Notes under the pieces: model-generated
Told to the model about the DNA's origin: nothing
The model's input: the letters and a program-made list of their open reading frames with translations, nothing else
Databases searched by the model: none
Origin: Chrysochromulina tobinii
Lineage: Eukaryota
Length of the DNA: 35,456 bases
Assembly: GCA_001275005.1 (NCBI GenBank)
Contig: JWZX01002626.1
Coordinates: 1 to 35,456 of the forward strand
Reading direction: 5' to 3'
In this document: positions 21,050 through 30,294 of the stretch, piece by piece
Numbering within the stretch: position 1 is the first letter of the stretch
Layout of the letters: each line of letters starts with the position of its first letter
Translations under genes and position numbers: made by a program

Positions 21050-21470
21050 ACACCGCCCGGCTACCGCCCGGCCAAGGTGAGTGAGGTCCGCTTTCTATGC
21101 GTGTGGATTTTGTGTATTGTGTTCGCTTTCGACTGCTTGGGCCTTGGCGGCGGGTCAATCGGTTTGCCCATGATTGTTGCGCGTGCGTCCGTGCGGAACG
21201 GTGCCGGTTTTGATCGTCCGTGTGTGTGAACCGTATGTTGTGAACATGAAGCCGTCCACTCCTCATGACTCCTGTATGTGTTGTGTATGTGTGTCCGACA
21301 CGGTCCACACGCCAGTCAGGCGAGGTGGCTGCACGGGCTCAGACCCGGGGTTGACCCTGGGTACATGGTGTGGAATCGTGAGCCGTAGTTCACACCCCAC
21401 ACTGCCCCAAGGAGCGAGCCAGGGGTGGGTCGTCGTCAGGCAAGGGGCTTGGCCAAGCCCCTTGTCGTCA
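21050..21470 (+). other. Hairpin-rich intergenic segment ending in a perfect 24-bp palindrome; possible interspersed element or structured RNA
   Basis: caaggggcttggccaagccccttg (21441-21464) is its own reverse complement. G-U-containing stems occur at 21343-21362 and 21368-21402. Confidence 0.45.
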
Positions 21471-21503
21471 GTCCGGCGCCGCAGCGCCGGCCAGGAGTTC
21501 ATC

Positions 21504-22343
21504 ATGATGCTCCTCACAATGGCCTGCCTCGCGTACGAACCAGGTATGCCTTGGCTACAGCAGCTCGATGGCGGGCACGTAGGGCTCCTGCGAGATGCGG
21601 GCGTCCAAGATGCTGCGATTGTCGACTCCGTGTGGCAGTGCAAACGCCTCATTGAGGCAAATATGAATTGGACGAGCTTTGGTAGTGATTGGAAAAACGC
21701 GCTCACGCTGCCTACCCGCTATCACGAGCACTCGCAACTCTGGCGAAGCATCCGCGGACAGCTGCAGGGCCGTCTCTCAAAGACGTCCAAAGTCAGCGGC
21801 CCGGACATGATGCTGCTGTTTCTCGTAGTTCATTCGCTTCAGCCGCAGGTGTCCGGTGAGACTGGGTTTGCGTCTGGCAGTTCTGCAGTTGCAATCATGT
21901 CAGCGTTGCCGCAGAATGCCACGCACATCGCCATGGACCCCTTTCAGCCCGCCTATGCGACCGACGGGCTACGGAGCGTGGCAAGCCTTGCCAAGATGGC
22001 CGCCGACTCCCCTCGGTTTGTGCACGTCAACGAGACCGCCGCCCTTGCGCTGGCGTGGCTGGGCAAGCAGCGCCAGTGCTTCGACTTCTTCTTCATGGAT
22101 GACGGCCACAAGCTGGACGACAACATCATCGAGCTCAAACTCGTCAGCCAGCTGCTCGCTATCGGTGGGGTGCTGCTGCTGCACGACTTATGGATGCCAT
22201 CAGTGCAAAAGACCATCAGCTTCATCCGGACGAACCTGCAGGACTCGCTGCAGCTGATTCCGAACGGAATCTCGGGCAATATACAGATTGTCGTAAAGAA
22301 GGCGCCAGACCTGCGTAAATGGAACCACTACCATAACTTCTAG
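21504..22343 (+). CDS. Class I SAM-dependent methyltransferase (Methyltransf_24-like)
   Basis: Motif I ETGFASGSSA, MDPFQ, FDFFFMDDGH, GGVLLLHD; short hydrophobic N-terminus. Confidence 0.8.
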   Translation: MMLLTMACLAYEPGMPWLQQLDGGHVGLLRDAGVQDAAIVDSVWQCKRLIEANMNWTSFGSDWKNALTLPTRYHEHSQLWRSIRGQLQGRLSKTSKVSGPDMMLLFLVVHSLQPQVSGETGFASGSSAVAIMSALPQNATHIAMDPFQPAYATDGLRSVASLAKMAADSPRFVHVNETAALALAWLGKQRQCFDFFFMDDGHKLDDNIIELKLVSQLLAIGGVLLLHDLWMPSVQKTISFIRTNLQDSLQLIPNGISGNIQIVVKKAPDLRKWNHYHNF

Positions 22344-22710
22344 CGCTGAGCGGGCGCCGGCGCGTGACGGCGGCGGGGGTGATGCTGCACTGATGTGGTT
22401 CAATTTAACGAATAAAACAAGTAGGTTGTTTTTTTCGAGTCGTTTCGACCGCGCGGTTAGGAAGGTCGGAGTGTAACCAGAACCCAAAGTGACAGACCAC
22501 CTCCGCAGACGACGGAAGTGCAGCCACCACGCACGCTCACGCCCCGTGCACCACGCCACCACCCTCCACCCTGGTGGACCCTGCAGCTGCACGTCCGTCA
22601 TAGTCCACTGTCACGTGCAGTGTGACGGAAGCCCCTCACACTGACGCAAAACCGTCACGCGCGCTCAAAATGTGAGGGAAATCCGATAAGTTGGGATTGT
22701 GAAGTGGGCG

Positions 22711-22721
22711 CTTTATAAAAG
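22711..22721 (+). promoter_or_regulatory. TATA-box candidate
   Basis: ctttataaaag ~60 bp upstream of ATG 22776 in GC-rich surroundings. Confidence 0.45.
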
Positions 22722-22775
22722 GCAAGCTCGAGCGATGCGAAGCCGAGCTCTGCAGACGTCGCCGCCTAGCTCGCC

Positions 22776-23774
22776 ATGCCCTTCTCTCAACATGACTGGG
22801 CCAAAGCGGAGATGCATCGCCTCCTAACCTCCACGCGGAAAATACTCGACGCCGACGTGATAAAGGCCAGCGTTCGCCGATCATCGGTGCTCCTTAGGGC
22901 TGCCGATGTGCTGTCCAACGTCATGCAGGACCCGAGGATCCCAGAGTCGCTGAGGGCATATCTCTCGGACAAGATCCGGGATGACGCACCTAAAGATGCG
23001 GCCGCAACGGCACGGGTGGTCGCGTGGCTCGACGCAAACGCTCATGAGCTCAACAAGTGCAAGAGCGACCTGGCGAGGCTTACGGCCGTCACCCACGTCG
23101 TTGGCCCGTCTCCGGACGAGGAGGCGACGGTGGATGCCGAACTGGTCGCAGCGTGCCAAGCTGATCTTAAGCGTGCTCGACGCCTCTTGGCGAGCGCATC
23201 ACGCAAGAGAGGAGGGATGGTAAACGGCAAGCGGCCGCGACCATCCTTCACGGCGCCACCCCGATGCCGGAGGCTCGTCGTCGTGCCTCCGCCCCCTCCT
23301 CTGCAGCTGCCTCCGGGATGGGAGCAGCGGTTTGATGAGAGGAGCAAGAACATCTTCTTCGTGGACCACAACACGTGCACGACCAGCTGGGAAGACCCTC
23401 GCACCGCCAAACCCAGGCCGGCCGCGGCCGACGACGCCGACGCCGACGACTACCCACCGCTGCGCGATCCGGAGCGTGAACGTGAACGCGACTACCCGCC
23501 GCCGCGCGATCCTCGTGACGACCCTTACGGTCGCGACCCATATGATCGTCCGCCGCCGCCGCGCGACCCTCGTGACCTTTCCCCGCGCGACCCCTACGAC
23601 CGACCGGCCTGGGTTTGGCGTGGGTTTGGCTACGACCGTCCTGAGAGAGAGAGAGAGAGAGATCTCTCTCACTCACTCACTCTCGCTCTCTCACACGCCA
23701 CGTGGAGAGAGCCGGAGTGGTGGAGCACCGTTCGCTTCCCGGCTCCACCACATCAGCCGAAGAAGTACGAGTGA
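22776..23774 (+). CDS. WW-domain protein with Arg/Asp/Pro/Tyr-rich repeats
   Basis: LPPGWEQRFDERSKNIFFVDHNTCTTSWEDPR is a canonical WW domain, followed by RDPYDRP-type repeats. Confidence 0.7.
   Translation: MPFSQHDWAKAEMHRLLTSTRKILDADVIKASVRRSSVLLRAADVLSNVMQDPRIPESLRAYLSDKIRDDAPKDAAATARVVAWLDANAHELNKCKSDLARLTAVTHVVGPSPDEEATVDAELVAACQADLKRARRLLASASRKRGGMVNGKRPRPSFTAPPRCRRLVVVPPPPPLQLPPGWEQRFDERSKNIFFVDHNTCTTSWEDPRTAKPRPAAADDADADDYPPLRDPERERERDYPPPRDPRDDPYGRDPYDRPPPPRDPRDLSPRDPYDRPAWVWRGFGYDRPERERERDLSHSLTLALSHATWREPEWWSTVRFPAPPHQPKKYE
23643..23695. repeat. (GA)n microsatellite followed by a (TC)/(TCAC) tract
   Basis: gagagagagagagagagaga tctctctcactcactcactctcgctctctcacac. Confidence 0.9.
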
Positions 23775-24331
23775 CCGGCAATCTGATTCAGGACTGATGA
23801 ATCGCCAATGGCTATCCAGCCTGCTAAGTTCCATCCCGCGTCCCGCATCCAGCTTCCAGGGACTTGGACGCATGGTCGGCGTGTGTTGCGTGTTGGCGTG
23901 ATCAGCGGGGGTGAGACCGCGAGACGAGAGTAGGTACATACAGCTGAGGGGCGCGGCCGCGGAGGCGCGGGGCTACGCGCGGGGGCCGCCAGCCCGTAAG
24001 AACGAAGCGTAAGTCGTTACGTCGCCGGACCGAACATGCGGACCGCCGAAATACAGTATACACGTGTGCGGCGTTCGATAATTATATAAGTGATCACTGT
24101 ATTTATACGGGGTGTGAAAAAGCTTCTCGTTGAATCTTGAAAGCCTTGGACAGAGAGACGAGAGAGGGTGATAGCATACTATCATACCCGCGAAAACGCT
24201 GGGAGGCAGCGCTGAGCCGTCGGTGTACAGAGAGTCAACAGCGGTGTCCACGTGTGACAGCGTCCTCCACGTGCGCTCCCCCTCGCGCGTTACTCGCGCG
24301 CCCCGTCGGAGGAGGCAACGCTCCAGGATCA

Positions 24332-25753
24332 TCAGCCGAGCAGCTCGACGCGGAAGTGCGGCACCGCCGAGAGCATCTGCTGGAGCACATTTGTCTCGCC
24401 CACCTCATGGACGCGCAGAGGCGCCATGAACAGTGGCGAGAAGGGCACACAGCACAGCGTGGTGAGCGCTGCCCGCAGCTTCGGCGCTTCGCGCACCCAG
24501 CGGGGCGCTCGGACGCCGAGCGCAGTGAGCACAGTCTCCAGGGTGCAGATGATGCCCTGGGTCAGGAAGAAGAGCAAGTTGCTCCCAAACGCTCGGCCGC
24601 CCGACGCGGCCATGAAGGCATATTCGTGGAACAGGCCGGAGACGACGAAGGCTGCGAGGGCGCACAAGCCAGTAGGCGTCTTGCGCGCGCGGAGTGGCGA
24701 GAAGATGGATCTGTGGAAGAGGCCGCGTATGAGCAGGTTCCAGCGGCGCGACCAAAAGTCGACCGGCGACTGCGAGGCGAACATCGGGTTGCGGAAGAAG
24801 GTCTGCGGGCGCAGGCCAAACGAGTTGAGCACGAGCGCGTTCCCTTCTCCGGTGATCATCAGGCAGACATAGATGATCCATACGGCAGCATAGACACGGA
24901 TCGCATAGAGGAGGGACGGGGCCGCGGCGACGAGCGCCTCGGGCGGCTCGTGCGCGTGCGCCGACGCGAGCGCCATGTAGCCCGCCAGCACGAGCATCAC
25001 CTTGCGGATGGTGGCGGGAAGCTCGGAGGGCGGCGCCACCTCGTTTGAATGCTGGTCGCCGCGGTACTCGACGAGGATGAGAAGGTGGAGAAGGAGGGTG
25101 CGCGGCGAGGCGACAACGGCGGGACGCGCCGTGCCACCCACGATGTCGAGCACCTTCCAGTAGCTCACCCACAGCATGAGCGCACACCCCATCTTGGGCA
25201 GACCGTAGCTCGACTCGAGCAAGAATGGCAAGGGCAGCGCAAGCGCGCCGAGCACAACGGAGAGTGCGCCGCTCGCGGCGTTGCCGCGGCCCGCAAGGAG
25301 TATCGCGGTGTGCGTGCACGCGATGGCGAACGAGAGGGAGGCGAAGACGCCCAGCTCGAGCAGCAGCGACAGGTTAGGAGGCACGAAGTGCACCTGCATG
25401 CTGTCGCCGCCGAGGGTGAGCGCAATCGTCTTGGGCAGCTGGACGTTCTCCTCGAACAGGCGGACGAGCGTGCTCACGTCCGAGGCGGCGGCCGCACTCA
25501 GTGCGAGCATAGCGACGGCCGTGGATAGATAGAGCCCGGTGTGTTCTACTGGCTCCTCTTTGAGGGGTGCGAGAACCGTGACGCTGCCTTCCGGTTTCGG
25601 CTCATCGACGAATGACGTCATCGATGGGACTCGAGACATGGCGTCGGCCTGCGACGGCGTGGCATCAATGCTGGCGGTGTTGGGGCTCGGAGGGGCCGCC
25701 GCTGTGGCATCCATGTCGGGCGGGTCCTCTTTCGTGCGCAAGGCGCGCGGCAT
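24332..25753 (-). CDS. MBOAT_2 membrane-bound O-acyltransferase (wax synthase-like)
   Basis: Multiple TM segments, FRNPMFASQSPVDFWSRRWN, AFVVSGLFHE (catalytic His), LFFLTQG. Confidence 0.88.
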   Translation of the reverse strand: MPRALRTKEDPPDMDATAAAPPSPNTASIDATPSQADAMSRVPSMTSFVDEPKPEGSVTVLAPLKEEPVEHTGLYLSTAVAMLALSAAAASDVSTLVRLFEENVQLPKTIALTLGGDSMQVHFVPPNLSLLLELGVFASLSFAIACTHTAILLAGRGNAASGALSVVLGALALPLPFLLESSYGLPKMGCALMLWVSYWKVLDIVGGTARPAVVASPRTLLLHLLILVEYRGDQHSNEVAPPSELPATIRKVMLVLAGYMALASAHAHEPPEALVAAAPSLLYAIRVYAAVWIIYVCLMITGEGNALVLNSFGLRPQTFFRNPMFASQSPVDFWSRRWNLLIRGLFHRSIFSPLRARKTPTGLCALAAFVVSGLFHEYAFMAASGGRAFGSNLLFFLTQGIICTLETVLTALGVRAPRWVREAPKLRAALTTLCCVPFSPLFMAPLRVHEVGETNVLQQMLSAVPHFRVELLG

Positions 25754-25825
25754 TCGCAGATGAATCAGACGATTCCCGTCCGAATCTTCCTATTTTGTGT
25801 AACGATGAAGTTCCGAAGTTTCTCA

Positions 25826-25859
25826 GACCTGAAGCACGCGGGGACCTGAAGCACGCGGG
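25826..25859. repeat. Perfect 17-bp tandem duplication upstream of the MBOAT gene
   Basis: gacctgaagcacgcggg x2. Confidence 0.9.
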
Positions 25860-26045
25860 GCCCTGCCGTGCTGAACCGAAAGTCGGTGTTTGCTGCCTTC
25901 CCCCCCTCCCGGAGCGCGCCTCAGCTCCTTCCACGTGGTCTCCCCACGCAGTCGCGCTCCGGCTGATAGTGAGTCAGATAGCATAATACTCCCGGAGCGC
26001 GGAGGAAGCCACCGCTGCACGAGGCGGCGCACTCGCGCTCACGCC

Positions 26046-27122
26046 TTAAGCGGTCACCGAGCCGCCGATGTCGATGGACACTTGCACGGAGCGGGTGCCG
26101 CGAGGTGAGGGCTCCGGCTCGAGGAGCATGCGCGCGGCCTCCTCTTCGGTGCTCATGGCCACCGCCTTCGAGAGCAGCTCGTTGTAGTACGATGGGTCCA
26201 GTGGAGCGCCCGGGTAACGCAGCCAGTTCTCACCGACCACCCTGCGGTTAGTGACGAACCCGAAGAAGAAGCGTCCGACCTGCGCGGCGCGCGTCTCTGT
26301 CTCATCGAGGAGCGCCTGCAGCGGCCGCTCCCAATGCGCCACCTGCGACGCGAATGCCGACCTCTCGTGCCCCCACGTTAGGAAAAGCCGGTGGCGCACC
26401 CCCGAGGGCAGCGCCGAGACGGGCACCGTCTTCCCGCCGCCCACCGACCCCTCCGAGTCGAGGAGAGTCACAGGCGTGCTGAGGTCGGCGAGGCCCGTGT
26501 CGCCGATCGTGTGCGCGCACTGTGGCGTCAGCAGCACGCTTGAGCTCGGCCCGAGGAGCAGCACGTCCTGGGAATCGTGTCCGCGGATCTGCGACTCCTG
26601 CTCCGTGAATGGGAAGATGCGTGAGAAGACGGCCCATTTCTCGTGCATGTAGTGGATGGCGACGTCGCCGATCTTGTCGGCCCAGCCCGAGGCGCCCGGG
26701 TACCCGAAGCTCGTCACGCCGTTCTGGTGGTGCGCGAGCGCGTCGTCGTGGTCGAGGACCATCGTCACACTCCGGTAGCGGCAGCCCGAGATTCTCTTGA
26801 ACTCGATCCAACCTGGTACATCGCGGAAGAGGAGCGCGTTCGAGCCCTCTTGCTCGTACGAGTGACGCTCCGCGTGAAAGCCCTGCTTGATGATCCCACC
26901 CGCCTTCACGATCTGCTTGAGCTTCTTGAACCCCTTATGGGCAGGCTCCTCTTTTTCATCTTTTGACGTTGCTACATGCACTGGCGCCGGCCCCTCTGAC
27001 TTGTGCTCCTGCTCCTCCGCCCCGCCGTAGTCATCCAGCTCGGCGAGCGCGGCGAGCAGATCGGCGTCATCGGCGAATGCTGAGGCCGCGGCCGATTTCG
27101 AACGCAAGAGTTGCGATGGCAT
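26046..27122 (-). CDS. Hypothetical protein (~358 aa)
   Basis: Long ORF with host-like codon usage and globular composition from MPSQLLRSKS; no family recognised. Confidence 0.7.
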   Translation of the reverse strand: MPSQLLRSKSAAASAFADDADLLAALAELDDYGGAEEQEHKSEGPAPVHVATSKDEKEEPAHKGFKKLKQIVKAGGIIKQGFHAERHSYEQEGSNALLFRDVPGWIEFKRISGCRYRSVTMVLDHDDALAHHQNGVTSFGYPGASGWADKIGDVAIHYMHEKWAVFSRIFPFTEQESQIRGHDSQDVLLLGPSSSVLLTPQCAHTIGDTGLADLSTPVTLLDSEGSVGGGKTVPVSALPSGVRHRLFLTWGHERSAFASQVAHWERPLQALLDETETRAAQVGRFFFGFVTNRRVVGENWLRYPGAPLDPSYYNELLSKAVAMSTEEEAARMLLEPEPSPRGTRSVQVSIDIGGSVTA

Positions 27123-27538
27123 CTCTTTCGACTCTGATGTAGTGCTGGGGCTGGCTTTAGTGACGGGCGCGACGTGTGTCTGCCGCGGCGGCAGATACGC
27201 CTTGCTATCACGCTTGCCCTTACGCTCCTCCGAGGATGCTAAAGCCCCCGTGGATGTACTGATTGGCGCCGGCCGACGGCCGGGATGGAGGCAGTACTGA
27301 GGCAGTACGAAAAAGAGAGGTCTTATCGGAGTTGGCGAACTCGGCGTGTGAATGGCTGTCGGCACATTGGCTGTGAAAGTTCCGGTTGATTGTTGTTTCG
27401 GTGTATCTTATCCATAGGCTGTGAATGGATATGAAACCATGTAGAGCGAAAACGCGCCTTGTCGGCACACGACGACTGGTTTCCCGCGGTATTCGCAAAA
27501 CTACTGTATCCGGATACTGCCCTCTCGCCGTGCCAGGG

Positions 27539-28150
27539 ATGCCGAGCTACGAAGAGACACAGACGTTCACGGTCCTGGACATCGATGCGAGCAAGGCGGG
27601 CGAGAGCACGACGCTCGCCGCCTTCCGTGCGGGCAAGCCCCTCGTCCTCGACTTCTGGCACACCCGCTGCACAAAGTGCCCCACCGCCATCTCCAAGCTC
27701 GATACGATCGCGCCCAAGCACCCAGACGTGACGTTCGCGGCGTGCGCGCTCTCGCTGGGTTCGGAGACCGAGGGCACACAGGAGCAGGTTCTCGACCTGC
27801 TCGAAGGGCAGTGGGAGAACCTCAGGCACATGTACATGACTGTCGCCGAGAAGGAGGCTGCGAAGACACAGTTTGGCTTCACACAGCTGCCGTTCGCCGT
27901 TGTCTTCGGCGCGGACGGCACCATCCTATTCAGCGGCGACCCGCAGGGCATCGACTTCGCCACCGTCTTCGCTCCCAAACCCGTCGCCGCTGCTGTCGCT
28001 GCGGCGCCCAATGCGGAGCAGCAGCTCTCGGCCGACCTCGCGTCGAAGGCGAGCGTGTGCGCTAAAGAAGCGCCGCCGCTCCAGCCGCTGGGCGAGGCCA
28101 ATCGCGCGCCCGTGGTGCTCGGCTTCGGCAACGCTGACGAGGACTTTTGA
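27539..28150 (+). CDS. Thioredoxin-fold (TlpA-like) CxxC protein
   Basis: GKPLVLDFWHTRCTKCP and cis-Pro motif LPFAVVF. Confidence 0.85.
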   Translation: MPSYEETQTFTVLDIDASKAGESTTLAAFRAGKPLVLDFWHTRCTKCPTAISKLDTIAPKHPDVTFAACALSLGSETEGTQEQVLDLLEGQWENLRHMYMTVAEKEAAKTQFGFTQLPFAVVFGADGTILFSGDPQGIDFATVFAPKPVAAAVAAAPNAEQQLSADLASKASVCAKEAPPLQPLGEANRAPVVLGFGNADEDF

Positions 28151-28675
28151 GTATGTCCTCGAGGCATGAGGCAAGAAGAAGTGACCACGACCGCCGCGGA
28201 GCCCTTCTGAGCGCAGCACTGACGTCTTACGGTCTGAGCGTTATACGTTCGTCGAGTCCAAGTGCGGGTCTCGGCACACGGACAGCCAGGTATCGATCTC
28301 GTGTTTCACGTTCAAAACGTACTCAAAACGAGCGGCGGAGATACCTGACTCGCTCTCCCCGACCTTTTCCTGAGCCCGCGCGCCGCGGGTGGACGAAGCT
28401 GCCGATGCAACGGCGTACATGTAACGTGATCGGCGCGGTACCGTGACCTCCCGTCGATTCTCGGAGTTGCGCGACGCTTAAATCCGGCCACACCTCTCCA
28501 TTCATGATGTGATTGTGCGGCCGTGGCCCTCGTGCTTGGGGGTCCGGAGTTTGCGCGTCGTGTTGAACGGCAACAGCAACGGCCATCCCCCCGTTCAAAG
28601 CGATCGAGTCCCTCGAATGCGCGTTGTGTTGCACAGCACGCCATTTCTAGGAAGCCGGATCTCACGCAGGCGCGG

Positions 28676-29992
28676 ATGGCGAGTGCAGATCAATTGACAC
28701 CGCTGGACGCAGAGGCAGTAGATGCCCGCCTTGAGTGCAGCGTCTGCCTCCGCCTGCTGCACGAGCCGGCGACGCTGGCGTGCGGTCATTCTTTCTGCCG
28801 GCGCTGCCTGTCCCAGTGTATGCAGCGCGCACGCAAGTGCCCAACATGCCGGTGCGACATCGAGGCGCAGCCCGCTGAGTCGATTGCGCTGTCGCAGGCG
28901 TTGCGGCTGCTGCATCCGCGCGAGGCAGCGGAGCGCGCACGCGAGGAGGTGGCATTGCCGCCGCAGCTGCAGCTCGCGGGCTTGCGCTCGCTGCCGCTCT
29001 TCGTTCTCGAGCCGCTGCTGCCAGCACAGACGATCCATCTGCACGTCTTCGAGCCGCGCTACATCCGGCTGACGCAGCGCGCACTCACGGAGGCTTCCCT
29101 CGAGAAGCGCTTTGGCATGGTCGCGATCTCGCACCGCGGGATGAGCCCCGTCGGCGTGACCGTTCGCATTATAAACTGGACTGAGGTGGCCGGTGGCCGC
29201 TACTTCCTGACAGTTGTGGGCGAGCGGCGCTTCCGCATCCTGCGCACGTGGGACGTGGACGGGTACCGCAATGCGGAGGTGGCGTGGGTGAATGACGCGG
29301 AGCCCGAGCGGGTCGACCCACCGACGGCCGAAGTGGCCGAGAACTCCCTCGCCGACGCGGCCGCCGCCACCGAGCGTGCCGCGCTGCCGCGACGGCTCAT
29401 GGTACGCGAGTGCAAGGCAGCCATTGGCGAGTGGACAGCCGCAGTGATGCAGGGGTGGGAGCGTCGTACTGGGCAGCTCGACGCCCTGCTGCGCGAGCTC
29501 GGCCCTGCTCCAGACGGCGACACGCTCGAGGGTGCCGAGATGCTGGGGCTCTGGTGCGCGGCGCTCATTAACCCGCTTCCGCCACTTGGGGTCGCACCCG
29601 AGATCCGGCTGCAGGCCCTCGAGTGCACCGACTCGGTCGAGCGTCTTCGGCTGGTCCTCGTGGCTGCGGAAAGCTCACTCCAGCACATGCGCGCGCCACG
29701 CTCGAGCCTCTTTGGCGGCCGCCTCTTTCGGCTGCTTAGTTGGCGCATCGGCGCTCTCGGCGACTACCCGCATGCATTCCCCTTTCTGGCGGTCGTGGGC
29801 GTGCTCGTGCTCAAGTGGGCTGTGCTGGAGTCCGAGGGCGCAAATTGGAGTTGGAGTCCGGAGAGCGATTCGGTCGTGGTGGAAGCGGGGACGGTGATGG
29901 AGGAAGCGGCGAGGCTTCGACCTTCGGGCTTGAGCAGCATGGTTGCAAGCATGCCACGCCGGGTCGTCATGGTGCTCGCGCGCGTATGGTAG
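28676..29992 (+). CDS. LON peptidase N-terminal domain and RING finger protein (LONRF-like) with a C-terminal hydrophobic helix
   Basis: C3HC4 RING CSVC..CGHSFCRRC..CPTCR; LON substrate-binding motifs LPLF, LHVFEPRY, FGMV, GERRFRI, DGYRNAEV, ERL. Confidence 0.88.
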   Translation: MASADQLTPLDAEAVDARLECSVCLRLLHEPATLACGHSFCRRCLSQCMQRARKCPTCRCDIEAQPAESIALSQALRLLHPREAAERAREEVALPPQLQLAGLRSLPLFVLEPLLPAQTIHLHVFEPRYIRLTQRALTEASLEKRFGMVAISHRGMSPVGVTVRIINWTEVAGGRYFLTVVGERRFRILRTWDVDGYRNAEVAWVNDAEPERVDPPTAEVAENSLADAAAATERAALPRRLMVRECKAAIGEWTAAVMQGWERRTGQLDALLRELGPAPDGDTLEGAEMLGLWCAALINPLPPLGVAPEIRLQALECTDSVERLRLVLVAAESSLQHMRAPRSSLFGGRLFRLLSWRIGALGDYPHAFPFLAVVGVLVLKWAVLESEGANWSWSPESDSVVVEAGTVMEEAARLRPSGLSSMVASMPRRVVMVLARVW

Positions 29993-30294
29993 CTTGCTGC
30001 GAGTCGCGAGTGTGGAGAACTATCACAGCGCGAGCAAAGCTCGTCGCTCAACTGTCGTCTTCCTGCGTCGTCTCGTATCGCGACGTATGCGCGACACTGC
30101 AGTCTGCACACGGCTCACTGATTGTACCGTAAAGACGTTCACAAAATCAGGACTTCTAGTAGCTTTCGGAAACATGAGTGAGGAGGATGGTGGTGTAATT
30201 CACAGTCAAAGGTTTATTCACAGCCAATGTTCACACGAGTTGATCAGGGAGCCCCCCTCCCAAGGGCCCAGCCTGCAGGCCCAGCCGGGGCGGG

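Noticed and set aside
21046..21058. tacacaccgcccg, identical to part of the universal SSU rRNA 1392-1406 region
   Set aside because: Only 13 nt, and the flanks show no rRNA similarity.
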